NCBI RefSeq assembly: GCF_006345805.1
Contig: NC_043005.1
Span: 25,234,001-25,298,000, forward strand
Direction: 5' to 3'
From: Octopus sinensis
Lineage: Eukaryota
DNA length: 64,000 bases
Every line of letters starts with the position of its first letter. Position 1 is the first letter of the stretch. The notes under the pieces are model-generated. The model was given only the letters and a program-made list of their open reading frames with translations, had not been told where the DNA came from and ran no database searches. This document shows positions 12,240-25,143 of the stretch, in pieces. Made by a program: the position numbers and the translations under genes.

Positions 12240-12640
12240 AGAAGAAGCGGGGAGGAGGAGGGGGAAACAGAGGAAGTAGTAGTAGGAGGAGGGGGAAGAA
12301 GTAGAGGGAGAAGAGGAGGAAGAAGGAGAGGAATAAAAGAAGAGGGGAGGAGAAGGAAGAAGAAAAAGAAGTAGAAGAGGAAGAAGTAGAAAAGAGGAAG
12401 AAGTGACGAAGTAGAAGAAGAAGAAGAAGAAGAAGAGGGTAAGGGTGAGGAGGAGGAGGAGGAGGAGGAAGAGGTAGAAGAAGAAGAAGTAGAAGAAGAG
12501 GGTGAGGGTGAGGGTGAGGGTGAGGAGGAGGAGGAAAAGAGAGTAGAAGCACTAGAGGAAGAAGAGGTAGAAGAAAAAGAAAAAGTAAAAGAAGGAGAGG
12601 AAGGGGAGGAAGAAGTAGAAGAAGAAGAAAGAAAAAGCAG
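12240..12640. repeat. Purine-rich (GAA/GGA/GTA) low-complexity tract
   Basis: About 400 nt almost entirely A/G on the + strand. Confidence 0.95.
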
Positions 12641-13389
12641 CAAAGCAGCTATACATATGGCGCACTGTGCAGGATTACTCATAGACAAGAAATAGAGCCG
12701 AATGAAGATGAAAAAACATCATCCATGTCTCAAGTTTTTTTCCTAAATCGTCCCATGATCAAGAAACACTATTTTAGATAAACAATGAAGACCTGTAATA
12801 ATATGAACAAAATCCCCCCAGGAAACGACAAAACCTTTTACTACAGCAAGATAGTTAAATGCTGCATTCAATTATTCAGCGAACGTTTTTGTAGTCTATT
12901 GACGTGTAGACATTTAGCTACGTAGCAAAGGCTGGTCAACTTGAGAAAGAAAGAAATAGTAAAAGGGAAAACGCCATTATTATGTTGTCCTAATGATCAA
13001 GTTATTGGCAGAACCTCTAGAATTTCTAAAAAAAACTACTAGTAGACTGCTACTGAGCAGAATTCGATATCAGTATTCCAGACGACATCTTTTAAAGCTA
13101 AGGTCATTACAGAAATGGACTTGAAGCAAACGTTGATATTTTAAGTACAAGACTACCGTCGTCCTGGATCATTAAATCTCTAGATAAAAGAACCTTTCAC
13201 CGTACTTTTAACTTTACTTTGTTGGAAATATGCACAGAGAGGGAGAATGTTGTTGCAAAAGACTTGATATGAAAATGTGGTTTTAAATTATCCGTATTTC
13301 AAGCGACGATTTGGAAAACTTTACATCATGAATCAGAATCCATTTTGTATATAGTTCCGACGCTGCGTTTCACCTTAGCATTTCAACTT

Positions 13390-13700
13390 AGCATTTCACC
13401 TTTTGAAGGATTGATGGAGCTGTTAGAACGTAGAATCGGATACCTTGTTGTATTTGATTAGCTCTTCTCATTCTGATTTCAAATCTCCCAAAAGGTCTTA
13501 ATACGTCATTTCCGCCACTTAGTATTTTTGATGCCTTTAGTGAAGTCCAGCCTGTTACAAACACTCGAAGTAAGGTTGCAGTTGAAGGACATCTTTTTCT
13601 CTCCTTCCAACTAGTTTTGGAGGCCCCATAAATGATCATGGGCATTACCACAGTTATATGTAACCCATCCGTGTGAAAACACGATTAGGCTATAGATGAA
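13390..13700 (-). mobile_element. Very degenerate LINE (RTE-like) post-RT fragment
   Basis: Minus strand ...LHITVVMPMIIYGASKTSW...LLRV...W....N.VL loosely matches the Y..VV.P.L.YG.E.W motif downstream of RTE RT. Confidence 0.3.
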
Positions 13701-13826
13701 ATGATAAGACCGTTGGACACAAACATTTGTTGTCATTAATCTTCATCTGCTACGAACTCGGAACCAATCGTCCACAGCCCACTAAGAACAGGCTTTCATA
13801 TACTTAATATTTCTATGGCCTCATTT

Positions 13827-13973
13827 GTTCTTTTCTACTCTAGGCACAAGGCCCGAAACTTTTAGAGAGGGGGGGCCAGTCGATTAGATCAACCCCCTTA
13901 CGCAATTGGTAATTGATATATCGACCCCGAAAGAATGAAAGGCAAAGTCAACCTCGGTGGAATTTGAACTCAA
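13827..13973 (-). mobile_element. SINE family B, 5'-truncated, 12-bp TSD
   Basis: Reverse complement of the family B body; ATGGCCTCATTT at 13815-13826 and 13974-13985. Confidence 0.88.
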
Positions 13974-14914
13974 ATGGCCTCATTTATTTATGGGAAGGAA
14001 GAAATTATTCTTGGGCTGCAGACGTGGCAAGACTGTTACGGATTAAGGATATTATCTCAGGGCAAGAATGACCGCCCCTATGCAAGCAAGGAAAAAACAC
14101 CCACCCAGTGACAATATGAGTGTGTTAAACACGTTAACGGAATATATCTTTTATTGAAGGAAAGGAATGATTTTCTTTATGTCTGCAGAAAGCATCCATT
14201 GATACCTTAGCCTCTTGCTACTCTGATTCAAAGATCATTAAGTCTTCTCTCTAACAAGAACGTTCACTTTGATATAACTTCGATTGGTCAAATGCCATAC
14301 ATAAGGTTTTAGCCGAACCGAGACTAAGGTAGCAAAGACTTGCCCTAACTATTAAGCAGAAGTGCTATAACGAAGAAATCACCACACGAAGTATGTGAAA
14401 CAACTGTCTTCACCCTACAGTCAAATCTTGTACCAGTATTTGAATATAGATCCTAAAACAAAGCCGAAACTATTTCCTTGATCGTATTTCTCCACACCAT
14501 CACGTCCTTACTACATTATATATTACTTTTCATGTAACAAGACTTTCCACCGAATTTACAAAAATAAAACACTGAAGAAAGACAGAAATTTATTTTTCAA
14601 TTTGGATAGATTCTGGCGACTCTACACATTCACACTACAACAAAATTGGATTGGTGCATTATGAAAATGAATCAATACACGAAAATATAAAAAAAATGTT
14701 CTTTGATTATTCCAATTTATTATAAATGGTAAAAAGGAAAGAATTTTCATTCCAACGTCTTCATTTGTTTTACAGCCACACGTATCTGTGGCATGCTGGG
14801 AAACAAATTAAATGTCACATCTGATTCATTTGAATATTGCAATCTGATCTACTCGGTAGCTTGTTTCTTCTATTTTTACTTGTGTACATGTCATTATTAT
14901 AAGAAATGAAATTG

Positions 14915-15159
14915 TTCATACATACACATACATACATAGATACGTACATACATACATACATACACTTAATACGTATGTATGTGTGTGTATAAATATACAC
15001 ATATATCCACATATATACATACATAGTATATATATATTTTGTATATGTTCAAGTAATATGTATATATATATAACCGTACAAAGATGTATATGTGTGTGTG
15101 TATAAATAAATAAATAAATGAGTATACACATATTACATAAACGTTCATATATGTAACGC

Positions 15160-15243
<84 letters not shown>

Positions 15244-15946
15244 ACAACGTATACATATTTATGAATATGTAGATGTTGTTGAATGTATATACACTTATAT
15301 ACGTTTTTATCTTATATTCGCGCAGATATGCTCACATATGCATATACACACGCTGGCACATGTGAATACGAAAGAATTCAAGGTCAGGTGCATAGCCTAC
15401 GTGTATGTATATTTAAATGAGATAATGTCTATACGTATTAAAACATATCTAAATATTTCTTAGTAATAAGTTTTAATATTTCACATTGTCTATTGATTTT
15501 CCCCTTTACACAGTGTATATACTGCCTACAGTATAAAACGTACGTACACTCACGTCGTTTATTTTCTATCTTCATTTCTCTACGGATACTTATATTTTAT
15601 TGTATCACCAATAATAAAATAATGTAAATATAGGCATCTCCATGCGCATGTATCTTGACACGGTATATATAGCACACACACACACACACCGGCACACATA
15701 TACATACAAACACATACACACACAAACAAACATTTATATGTATACACATATAAATACATATACAGATGCATACGTGCATATATGCGTCTCTCCTTCTCTC
15801 GCTCTGTACATACACATACAGATACCCCCACACATGTATATTTATATATATATATATATATATAGGTGTGTGTGTGTGTGTGTATCTGTGCCTGTGTCTG
15901 TGTGTTTATAATAGATGCACATGCACAAACCCGGGAACAAACGCAG

Positions 15947-16019
<73 letters not shown>

Positions 16020-16020
16020 A
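14915..16020. repeat. Cluster of (TACA)n, (TA)n, (CA)n and (ATCT)n microsatellites
   Basis: Pure (TA)n at ~15161-15241; (ATCT)n at ~15947-16019. Confidence 0.95.
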
Positions 16021-16049
16021 CACATGTAAACTATATAGATACGTACATA

Positions 16050-16569
16050 CCGTAAATCCTCGAGTATAGTCCGCCCTTGAGTATAATACGCAAGGGATTT
16101 TTAGAGGGCTGTACTTCTGAAACACCTAAACCTTGTGTATAATACACGCCCCTTCTCTAACTTGAGTCATGCGTAATTAAGCCAGCAGGACCTAGTCGAA
16201 CAAACACTTCCGCGCATGCATAATACAATAAAGGTGATGTTCTTAACTGTTATATGGGAATGTAAATATGTTTCCAAATTGTTTTTGTTACATGTTATTC
16301 TTTGTTCTGAATACTTTTATTTTAATAAATGTTGCTTACTGCAAGTTATGGATGATTCTTTTATGACTTCATCGCTTTCAGGCTTAGCTTAAGGTATTTT
16401 CGCACCCGACATCACAAAATATGTCTGAATAAACATTGTCGGACAGCAAATAGAGACTCGGACATTGCTTAGAAAATATTTTTCATGTTTAACGTCGTAT
16501 ATAGTACGCACAAGGGATTTTGACCTTTAAATTATAGCAAAAACGTGGGGATTATACTCGAGGATTTAC

Positions 16570-16571
<2 letters not shown>
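16050..16571. mobile_element. Tc1/mariner-pogo type non-autonomous DNA transposon (MITE)
   Basis: Perfect 19-bp TIR CCGTAAATCCTCGAGTATA / TATACTCGAGGATTTACGG with TA on both sides. Internal sub-terminal repeats GTATAATAC.C. No ORF. Confidence 0.9.
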
Positions 16572-16612
<41 letters not shown>

Positions 16613-16619
16613 TATATAT

Positions 16620-16783
16620 AGGCGCAGGAGTGGCTGTGTGGTAAGTAGCTTGTTTACCAACCACATGGTTCCGGGTTCAGTCGCACTGCGTGGCACCTTG
16701 GGCAAGTGTCTTCTACTATAGCCTTGGGCCGACCAAAGCCTTGTGAGTGGATTTGGTAGACGGAAACTGAAAGAAGCCCGTCG

Positions 16784-16841
<58 letters not shown>

Positions 16842-17060
16842 GTGTGCATGTATGTTTGTGTGTCTGTGTTTGTCCCCCTAGCATTGCTTGACAACCGATG
16901 CTGGTGTGTTTATGTCCCCGTCACTTAGCGGTTCGGCAAAAGAGACCGATAGAATAAGTACTAGGCTTACAAAGAATAAGTCCCGGAGTCGAGTTGCTCG
17001 ACTAAAGGCGGTGCTCCAGCATGGCCGCAGTCAAATGACTGAAACAAGTAAAAGAGTAAA
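16620..17060 (+). mobile_element. SINE family A, full length
   Basis: AGGCGCAGGAGTGGCTGTGTGGTAAG (A box), GGTTCAGTC (B box), CORE-like ACCTTGGGCAAGTGTCTT, internal (TA)/(TG) tract, 3' half and GTAAAAGA tail. Resembles octopus OR-type SINEs from memory. Confidence 0.92.
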
Positions 17061-17089
17061 GATATATATATATTATAATCATTATATCT

Positions 17090-17770
17090 TTATCACAGGC
17101 TTTGTTGATACTCCTGGAGTCTTGCCTGCGTAGAGGGCTTACTACCTGCACACTACGGTACCATGCTATTCGTTTTTTTCAGCTCTTTTATACTTTCATG
17201 ATTATTTTGGCCGTGTTAAGGAGACAAACCTCTTGTAATAGTTCCTCTGGGCACTCTATTCCAATTTCCTTTATATTCCTCTTGATGTCTTCTGATACTG
17301 TTCCCAAGGACCCAATAATAATTGGCATTATCTTCACCTTCATTTTCCAAACCAGATCTGTTTGGATTGGGAAATCCCAGAGGATTTTGCTAGTCTCTGA
17401 CTCTGAGGTCTGTCCTCATACCACGTCTTGCCTCTCTCTAGCCCACTTTTCGCATAGTTTCCAATGTAGCACTTTCGCTACCTGGTCGTGTCCCCACAAC
17501 TTGTAGTGGTTTTGGGCAAGTTCAGGGCTTTGGTTCGTGATATGGGCAATGGTTTCATCTACTCAATTACAGATGCGGCACAGCGGAGACACTTATCCAT
17601 TTCTAAGAATGCCCCCCGCCAGAGGTTGGTCCCGCGCTGCCAGTATAGTCCTTGTGGTCTCATTTTTTAGGTTTCCTTTCATCAGCTAATCCCACCTATT
17701 TTTTCAGCGACTTCTGTTGTGGCTACATGGAATTGATCCCTTCTTGCGTAATTCTTCTTTATATCTTTTA
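17090..17770 (-). mobile_element. R4/Dong-like LINE 3' fragment with internal deletion
   Basis: Minus strand: LAARDQ, PLCRICN*VDETIAHI (CCHC knuckle), HDQVAKVLHWKLCEK, KILWDFPIQTD, then directly WKMKVKIMPIIIGSLGTV...LLQEVCLLNTAKII. The PD..D catalytic block is missing. Confidence 0.85.
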
Positions 17771-17774
17771 TATT

Positions 17775-17892
17775 TATAATTATAATAATGATAATTATTA
17801 TTGTTGTTGTTGCTCTTCTTCTTCTTCTTCTTCTTCTTCTTCTTCTTCTTCTTCTTCTTCTTCTTCTTCTCTTCTTCTTCTTCTTCTTCTTT
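17775..17892. repeat. (ATT)-(GTT)-(CTT)n microsatellite
   Basis: Visible. Confidence 0.95.
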
Positions 17893-18869
17893 CTTTTGCT
17901 TTTGCATAGCGATAGCAAAAGCCTGTAGTTGAAACCCAGTATGCCTATTTGTAAATCTGTGCGATTTGTTTGTGCGTATTTTGCGTTCTTGTGTATGTAT
18001 TCGTATCGTATGCTAGGCCATCTATCTAGTCTTTTGACTTATAGCGTCTAGTTTAAAATGCACAGAGATTCTTTTTTTTATTTCTATAACCACGAGTGTG
18101 CAACGTGTATCATGAAGAGATTGTGAATGAAACGAAGAAGGAGAGAAAAGAAAAAAAGAGAAAAAGACTTAAAGAAAAGTAAAATTACCGTATGAATTGA
18201 TTTCTTTGAAGATGTAATGTATTTGATACCTCACTGATACTGACGTGTTTTGAATCGAACTATTTTTCTATCAGGTGATAAAAAAACGGATATATAAAGG
18301 TGCTATATGAACTATCAGAAGCTTTTGAAGATTTCCAAGTGAGAATAATTTGGTAGACTGAGGAGAAGACTGCTAGTTTTGGAAGTGAAGTTAATGTGCA
18401 CTTTAATACTTTGAACATTACCATAATTTGTGTGGCGAAGGGGAGCCAAGCACATAAATAAATTGATTGGTGTATAGTTTAGACATATACACCTATATGC
18501 TTTTTTCTCCTTTTTCGAGATGAGCGACGGTTTGTCACTGGAAAAAGCATATATAGTATTTTGCGTTTGGAATGAGTTTTCATCACTAGCTGGTGATTGT
18601 CACACTCTGATGACGGGTTACTACTCAGAAACACTGGTCTGTGTGTATCACGATTTCCCTTCGCAAATACTGATCGGACACAGTGTGTCGTTAGCCAGCT
18701 GGAGGAGATCTCCTGGGGCTATAAACAACAGTTGCATCGTCCCATATAAGTCAGGCACATTTAGGTGGCAAATATACTTCATGATGTGCTGCTACAGAGA
18801 TTTATTATTGCTATAAATATAAGGGAACACAGACACACACACACACGCGCGCACACCCCATATATATAC

Positions 18870-18919
<50 letters not shown>

Positions 18920-18923
<4 letters not shown>

Positions 18924-19126
18924 GTGTCTGTGTTTGTCCCCCTACCGTCGCTTGGCAACCGATGGTGGTGTGTTTACGCGCCCTAACTTAGCGGTTCGGT
19001 AAAAGAAACGATAGAATAAGTACTAGACTTACAAAGAATAAGTCCTGGGGTCGATTTGTTCGACTAAAAGCTGTGTTCTTGCATGGCTGCAGTCAAATGA
19101 TTGAAACAAGCGAAAGAGTAAAAGAA
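18920..19126 (+). mobile_element. SINE family A, 3' half only
   Basis: Starts at the internal (TA)n/TGTG tract and matches the 16860-17060 half. Confidence 0.85.
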
Positions 19127-19328
19127 TATGTATACATACCGACTTGTTACTTACTGCAAATATGCTTGAAACATATTCGAACACGCAAGAAAGACAATCA
19201 CTGTATTTTGTTATCGTGGAGGATATTTCTCGATGCAGACAAATACGTGTAAATACACCGAGTCAACTCTTAGAAGTTATTTACGCTCTGTGCTTTTACC
19301 TGCTTTTTATATTATGTGTATGGAACAG

Positions 19329-19546
19329 AAGGCGGCGAACTGGCAGAAATGTTAGCACGCCGGGCGAAATGCTTAACGGCGTTTCGCCTCTCTTTAGGTT
19401 CTGAGTTCAATTTCCTCCGAGTTCGACTTCGCCTTTCATCCTTTCGGGGTCGATAAATTAACTACCAGTTACCTACTGGGGTCGATTTAATCGACTGGCT
19501 TCCTTCCCCAAAATTTTGGGCCTTGGGCCTGGAGTTGGAAAGATTA
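19329..19546 (+). mobile_element. SINE family B
   Basis: AAGGCGGCGAACTGGCAGAAATGTTAGCACGCCGGGCG through to the AAGATTAT tail. Confidence 0.88.
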
Positions 19547-19622
19547 TATGTATGTATGTGAGTATGCATACGGCTACAGATGCATGTACTTCTGAAAATA
19601 ATTAAAACTATGATTTGATCAG

Positions 19623-19906
19623 GTACAGATGTAAGGAAGGAAGTGCCCCCTATGTATTCGAATAATCGTGCGCAAAATGCTAATGATGTTAAGTGTTTTA
19701 TAGGAAGTGTCAAAGAATTTGGTCTTGAATGTTCGTATAGAGACTCATCACAAGACCGCATCGACAGATACATTAATGGCAAGCATATTGGGCTCTCTTC
19801 GAGAATGGGGATGCACCGAGTGAATTTCCCACCTTACCGTGGTACTTCGGTCGATGATGGTTGTTATTGTGCAGCTAAGACCCATACTTTGTCCTATCAT
19901 ATGTAA
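19623..19906 (+). other. Unique-sequence open frame with weak immunoglobulin-domain resemblance (candidate exon or pseudo-exon)
   Basis: Stop-free frame after CAG (19620-19622): LEC...IDRYINGK...DDGCYCAAK echoes Ig C..I.WY.NG..D.G.Y.C.A spacing, but the invariant Trp is absent. Confidence 0.2.
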
Positions 19907-20433
19907 TGATTTATTGTGTGGTTTCTCATGTAGCAGTATTATTATGTTTGTAGGCGAGAAGCGTACTGCACAGTAATATGTGTGGTAATTTATTTTGTTA
20001 TTTGTAGTGGCCACTTGTACAACAGAAAACCAAACTGCGTACTGCTATATATATAACGATACGGCAGTGTGACCATGTTGTACAGTGGCCACATTGTTCA
20101 GTCTGTTTAGATGTCTGAAGTTCTTTAGCTCAAAGTCGGAAAGTCAGCGCAAGACTTGTATTAATCTCGTTATCGAGCAAATGTATAGAAACTCTGATGT
20201 AGTTTTATCGTGTCTCTGTTCTAGATTCGTCTCAGGTTAGTTTTATGTTAGAAGATTTAAACTCAAAGGCTTTCTTGACGTGAAGATCCTTCATATTTTT
20301 CGGATTTTGTAAATATAGAACTTTATCACACACTATACATCTTTTCTTTTTAGTAATATAGTGTGGTTCAATGGCGATTTAGCTACTATATGAAGACCAA
20401 TGACCGCTTAGTGGCAACCATGCTAGGTGGTCT

Positions 20434-20816
20434 GTGTGGAGGTGCATTGGCCCAGTGGCTGGTGCAGCAGACTCGCGGTCATAGGATCGCGGTTTCGATT
20501 CCTAGACCGGGCGTTGTGAGTGTTTATTGAGCTAAAACACCAAAACAGCTCCACAAGGCTCCGGCAGGGGTTAGCGGCAAACCCTGATGTATTCTTTCAC
20601 CACAACTTTCATTCTTTCTTCCTGTTTCTATTGTACCTGTATTTCAAAGGGCCAGCCTTGTCACATTCTGTGTCACGCTGAATCTCCCCGAGAACTACGT
20701 TAAGAATACACGTGTCTGTGGAGTCCTCAGCCACTTGCACGTAAATTTCACGAGGAGGCTGTTCTGTTGATCGGATCAACTGGAACCCTCGTCATCGTAA
20801 CCAACGGAGGGCTACG
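20434..20816 (+). mobile_element. SINE family D (tRNA-derived), 9-bp TSD
   Basis: A box TGGCCCAGTGG, B box GGTTTCGATTCC. AGGTGGTCT at 20425-20433 and 20817-20825. Second copy inverted at 31262-31618. Confidence 0.88.
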
Positions 20817-21418
20817 AGGTGGTCTACGCATGTAATGCTGATCGGTTTTTAGATGGAAGGCATAACATCTGGACATAGTTTCAAATGTAGATGTCATTCA
20901 GTATGAAAGTTCTTAAATGTAGTTATTATAGTTAGCTTTATTTCATTGTTGTTGATAGTGTTTCTGTGGAACAAGAACATGGAAATATCATATTTACCTA
21001 GTTATAGATAGCAATTCGTTTATAGAGAAATAGGCCAAAGTCATGGGGATCAGGTAGTGATGTACTGTATCTGCAGATAACATCTAACAAACGTTGAAAA
21101 ACAAGATCCGACAGCATTTTCCGAGTTGTGGCGTTTTGGAACTACAGCCATCATTAAAAGGAAAAACAGGATGAACAATCGAGAAGTGCGACTGGAAGAA
21201 AGGAAATAAGAAAGTTCGGAAAGATTTTGAACTGTGTCAGCAGAAAATAGAAGAAACATGTGATCTCTTGATGTGAATAAGAACAAAAGAAAGTGGTGAT
21301 AACTCTTCACAAACACACTCACACAAACGTACACACGTGCGCACACACATATCTGTATATCTGTATATACAGAAATAGAGAAATAAAGAGGCAGAAAGTA
21401 AGAGAAAGAAAGAGAATA

Positions 21419-21461
<43 letters not shown>

Positions 21462-22118
21462 ATTGTACAGTGACCTACACATCTATGTATGTACTTACAG
21501 ACATAAGCGACAATAAAGTAGGTGAAAAATTCAACGGATTATACCGACATTACTTTGATGCTTGCTTCACACTTCAGGGCTCCTATTAACCCACGTTTCA
21601 ATACTGAATAGATGAATCTACAAATCACCCTTCTTTCAAAGAAACGTGACCATGCGCCACCTTTAAACTTTAATATTTCTGCAGGCATTACCGGACATGT
21701 TTCTTTCTCTTAATTCTCTCCTCTCCCTACCACAAACCACTCCCTCATTCTTCTTCAGATAGATTCTTCATTTTCAAATATGCAGGCGAGCGTGGTTTGT
21801 TGGTATGCTCGTGCTTGCGAACGCACGTGGATTGTGAAATTTTCTTACAATGATACCTCCATATCACTCCCCCACTCTACAACATTCCCTCATTACGGTT
21901 CTTTTCTCCCTTCTACTCTGTGTTTAACGATCCTTAATTTCATTTGCGACCCGTATCGTGGATACAGACTTCTATGAACGTTTGTTTATAGATCTATACA
22001 TATACATGCATACATATATCCACACATACATAGAAAGATACATACATACATTACATACATGTATCTGTTTAGTGTTAACTCGGAAAAATGATACTCAGTA
22101 CAACAGAAATATATAACG

Positions 22119-22149
<31 letters not shown>

Positions 22150-24444
22150 GTACACACGAGTGTGAGTACGTGTGTGTGAGTGTGTTAGTGTATATCCTCG
22201 GTCGATGTGTATCGAGGAAGAATATAATTATATGTAAACCAAAAATGTCCGTGTCTTCTAGTGAAGATCCCGGCACTATTTCTTCTGCACTGTGTTAAAA
22301 CTCGATTGTCATTCTTGTCAGCATTCAGTAGACAATGGCCGCCATAACCGGAGATGCTAGTGTCCACAAAAGCCTTATAAAAATAACATAAATGAAACTC
22401 AAGCAAGTACTATTGAATGCAAGGAGGAAGAAAATGGATGTTTACAGATAATGTCTTTCAAAATGGGAACAGATATAATCAGAAATTAAAACGATCGTTT
22501 TTGTATGAACTGAAATTACTTTCTGACTTCCCAGCTGTCGTTAATGTCTACTAAGTTGGGAGATTAACCCAGAAAATATCTGCTTTTGATTTCAGTAACA
22601 TTGTTTTCTAAATGTACTCTATTAACCTGTAGAAAATCCTTTAATACACAACCAGTTCTGGTAATAAAACTCTTCAGCCAACTGTACAGGTACTTAATCC
22701 TCAAGGTCCGTCAATAGAGTTTTAGTTTTAATCTTTAGTTAATTTTTTTCTCTTTGTTACATTTGTCTCCTCGCCAAGCTTTTGTGCCATCTTTTGTGTC
22801 TCGCTTTTGTCCCGTTTATATAATTTAAAACACGCATTGATATCCAATATTTCTCTTTATATAATATTTCAAGATATCTATCTTTTCCACTCTTTACACC
22901 CTCCTTACTCACAGCGTTTGTTTTCTCTTACTCTCTCTCTCTCTCTCCATTTGTCTCTCTTTCCCTCTCAGTCGGATCATATTGTTTAACAAAAACAGAC
23001 AAAAAAATAAAATATGTGACGCGCCAAGAAACAAGAGTGATTATATCTATATCGAAATTTCATGTCAATTTGGTTATTTGCCATTTTGGCATCGATTTTC
23101 TCAACGCTTGCCAAATTATAAGTACGGACGCGTGACACGTAGCATATGTCAAGATTTTAAAATTGAGATATACATCTCAAAACTCAAATTAAAAACAAGA
23201 TTACAGACACAAATTAAAAGCTTTTAGGAAAATTTATTTAAAAAGAAATTGATACATGACTATGCAAGGAAGTGCGTTGTGGGTGAGTTGGAAGTGTATT
23301 GTTAGCACTAGAATAACACTAGAGATGATAACCGTAGCCATCCGCCATTTTTAATGCTGTATACAACTACATTGCCCAATGTTCTTCTCCTTTATTCACG
23401 ACAGTGAGGTGATATGATATTTCAAGTAGAAGGAGAGATTATTTAAAGGCTGCCTCACTGATTGAAGAAGTGATATCTAACCTTAGACTAGCCATGATCA
23501 ATATGACATATGATTAAAGGTTTTCCAACCATGACTATCCAGTATTTTCAGTGGTATCATAGATATTATATTACCTACTGTATTTTTGCTTGCTACTGAT
23601 ACTCTTCATCCCAAATTCATTTCTCATCAAGCTGACGTTTGATCAATTGTGTTCCAGACGTGACCATCTCTTCTCTATTTCAAACATGACAATCCAGTGC
23701 GACTATCCTTTTTTAAAGCTGCTCTTTTAAGATGCTTTATTTACGGTTAGTATATTTCTGCATGATATTTGATGGAATTTTAAGAAGGTTTTTTTCATTC
23801 ACACAACTTCAGTTATGTTGTTGGCAAATGGCATGTTTCTATGTATTCATCTTTTCTTCTGTTCATATAAAATGTGGAACGGGTAGCATGTGGTCTTTAA
23901 GTTCGTTTCACTCTAGTAAATGCTCCATCTCTTGACATTGGAATCTTTTATCCGTCCGTTTAAGGCTTAATAAATAATATACTAACATGTAGGAGGGTGG
24001 CTTGGCCAAGTTGTCCGAATAATGGGCAGACTATGCCTTTAGTTATGCTTCTTTATTTTCAAGTTCTACTGAGATCAACTTTGCCTTTTATGCGCGAACA
24101 TTCACCTAGATTCATCTAGATTCAAATGTCGCTACATCAATGCCAGTATATACTCGTCTGAAGCGCCTATATTTGGATGTTCGGTTATTTTATTTCCTAA
24201 CATCATTCACCCTTATATGAACAGTAACACTAATGTATAAATATTTTCGTCACTTAAATGTAAACTAAATTTTCATATTGGTGCTGCTTTTCCTTTCGAT
24301 AAAATAAACCAGTTCACTTTTGAGCATTATTTAAATTGGCATTTATTATAGAACATTGCCGAAACGCTCACCTCCGAACGGTACATAATTACATTAGGTA
24401 TTTGAGGCAGTGAATTTGTGCGCTTATATTTATGTAATCTCAGA

Positions 24445-24645
24445 GGAGGTGAGCTGGCAAAACCATTAACATGCTGCACAAAATGCTTGGCATAATTTCA
24501 TTGATGAGTTCTAATTTTGCCGAGATCGACTTTGCCCCTCATCCTTTTCCGGGTTGATGGAACAAGTACGAGCTGAGCTCTGGAGTTGATGTAATCGACC
24601 AACCCCATTCTCCAAAGTTTCGGGCCTTGTACTTGTAGCATAAGG
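24445..24645 (+). mobile_element. SINE family B, degenerate
   Basis: gagctggcaaaa...gccgagatcgactttgcc.ctcatcctt...cgggccttgt. Confidence 0.75.
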
Positions 24646-24919
24646 GATTTTTACAATCTCCAAAGAGGTACCTGTGAAAGCGCATAGAGTATTAGTTAAG
24701 GTGTTCAGGTCGTGATCGCTAGTTAGTGGGTTCACTTCCTGAATGAGATGACATCTATGACCCGTTTACAAGGGACTTCATTTCAGGTCGCACCAGTCTA
24801 CTCAGTAAACGAAGCCTACCAGAAAGATCTCTTGAACTTACAGCTATTGTCTTATAAAAGTGTGACAATGTGTGGGAGGAACTGTTACATTGATCAATGT
24901 AGGTCTCGGTATTTGCTGG

Positions 24920-25143
24920 CAGAATCGTTAGCACGCCGGACGAAATGCTTAGCAGTATTTCGTCTGCCGCTACGTTCTGAGTTCAAATTTCGCCGAGGTT
25001 GACTTTGCCTTTCATCCTTTCGGGGTCGATTAAATAAGTACCAGTTACGCACTGGGGTCGATGTAATCGAATTAATACGTAAGTATGTCCTTGTTTGTCC
25101 CCTCTATGTTTAGCCCCTTGTGGGTAATAAAGAAATAGAAATA
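24920..25143 (+). mobile_element. SINE family B (same 3' subtype as 3074), 12-bp TSD
   Basis: GGTATTTGCTGG at 24908-24919 and 25144-25155; ends CCTTGTTTGTCCCCTCT.TGTTTAG.CCCTTGTGGGTA.TAAAGAAATA. Confidence 0.9.

Noticed and set aside
12044-12688. 214-aa Ser/Pro-rich ORF with an apparent signal peptide
   Set aside because: Antisense of a GAA/GGA low-complexity tract; no splice or domain evidence.
16532-16894. Recurrent peptide RRASFSFRLPNPLTRLWSARGYSRRHLPK (also 5399, 26613, 32158, 60895)
   Set aside because: Antisense reading of SINE A, not a protein family.
18275-18338. Small exon with a good acceptor (TTTTTCTATCAG) and donor (GTGAG)
   Set aside because: Stop codons in all three frames; a non-coding exon cannot be supported from sequence alone.
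20434-20515. tRNA gene
   Set aside because: The tRNA-like head continues into a SINE body with a TSD and has no T-run terminator; the same holds for the other SINE heads.
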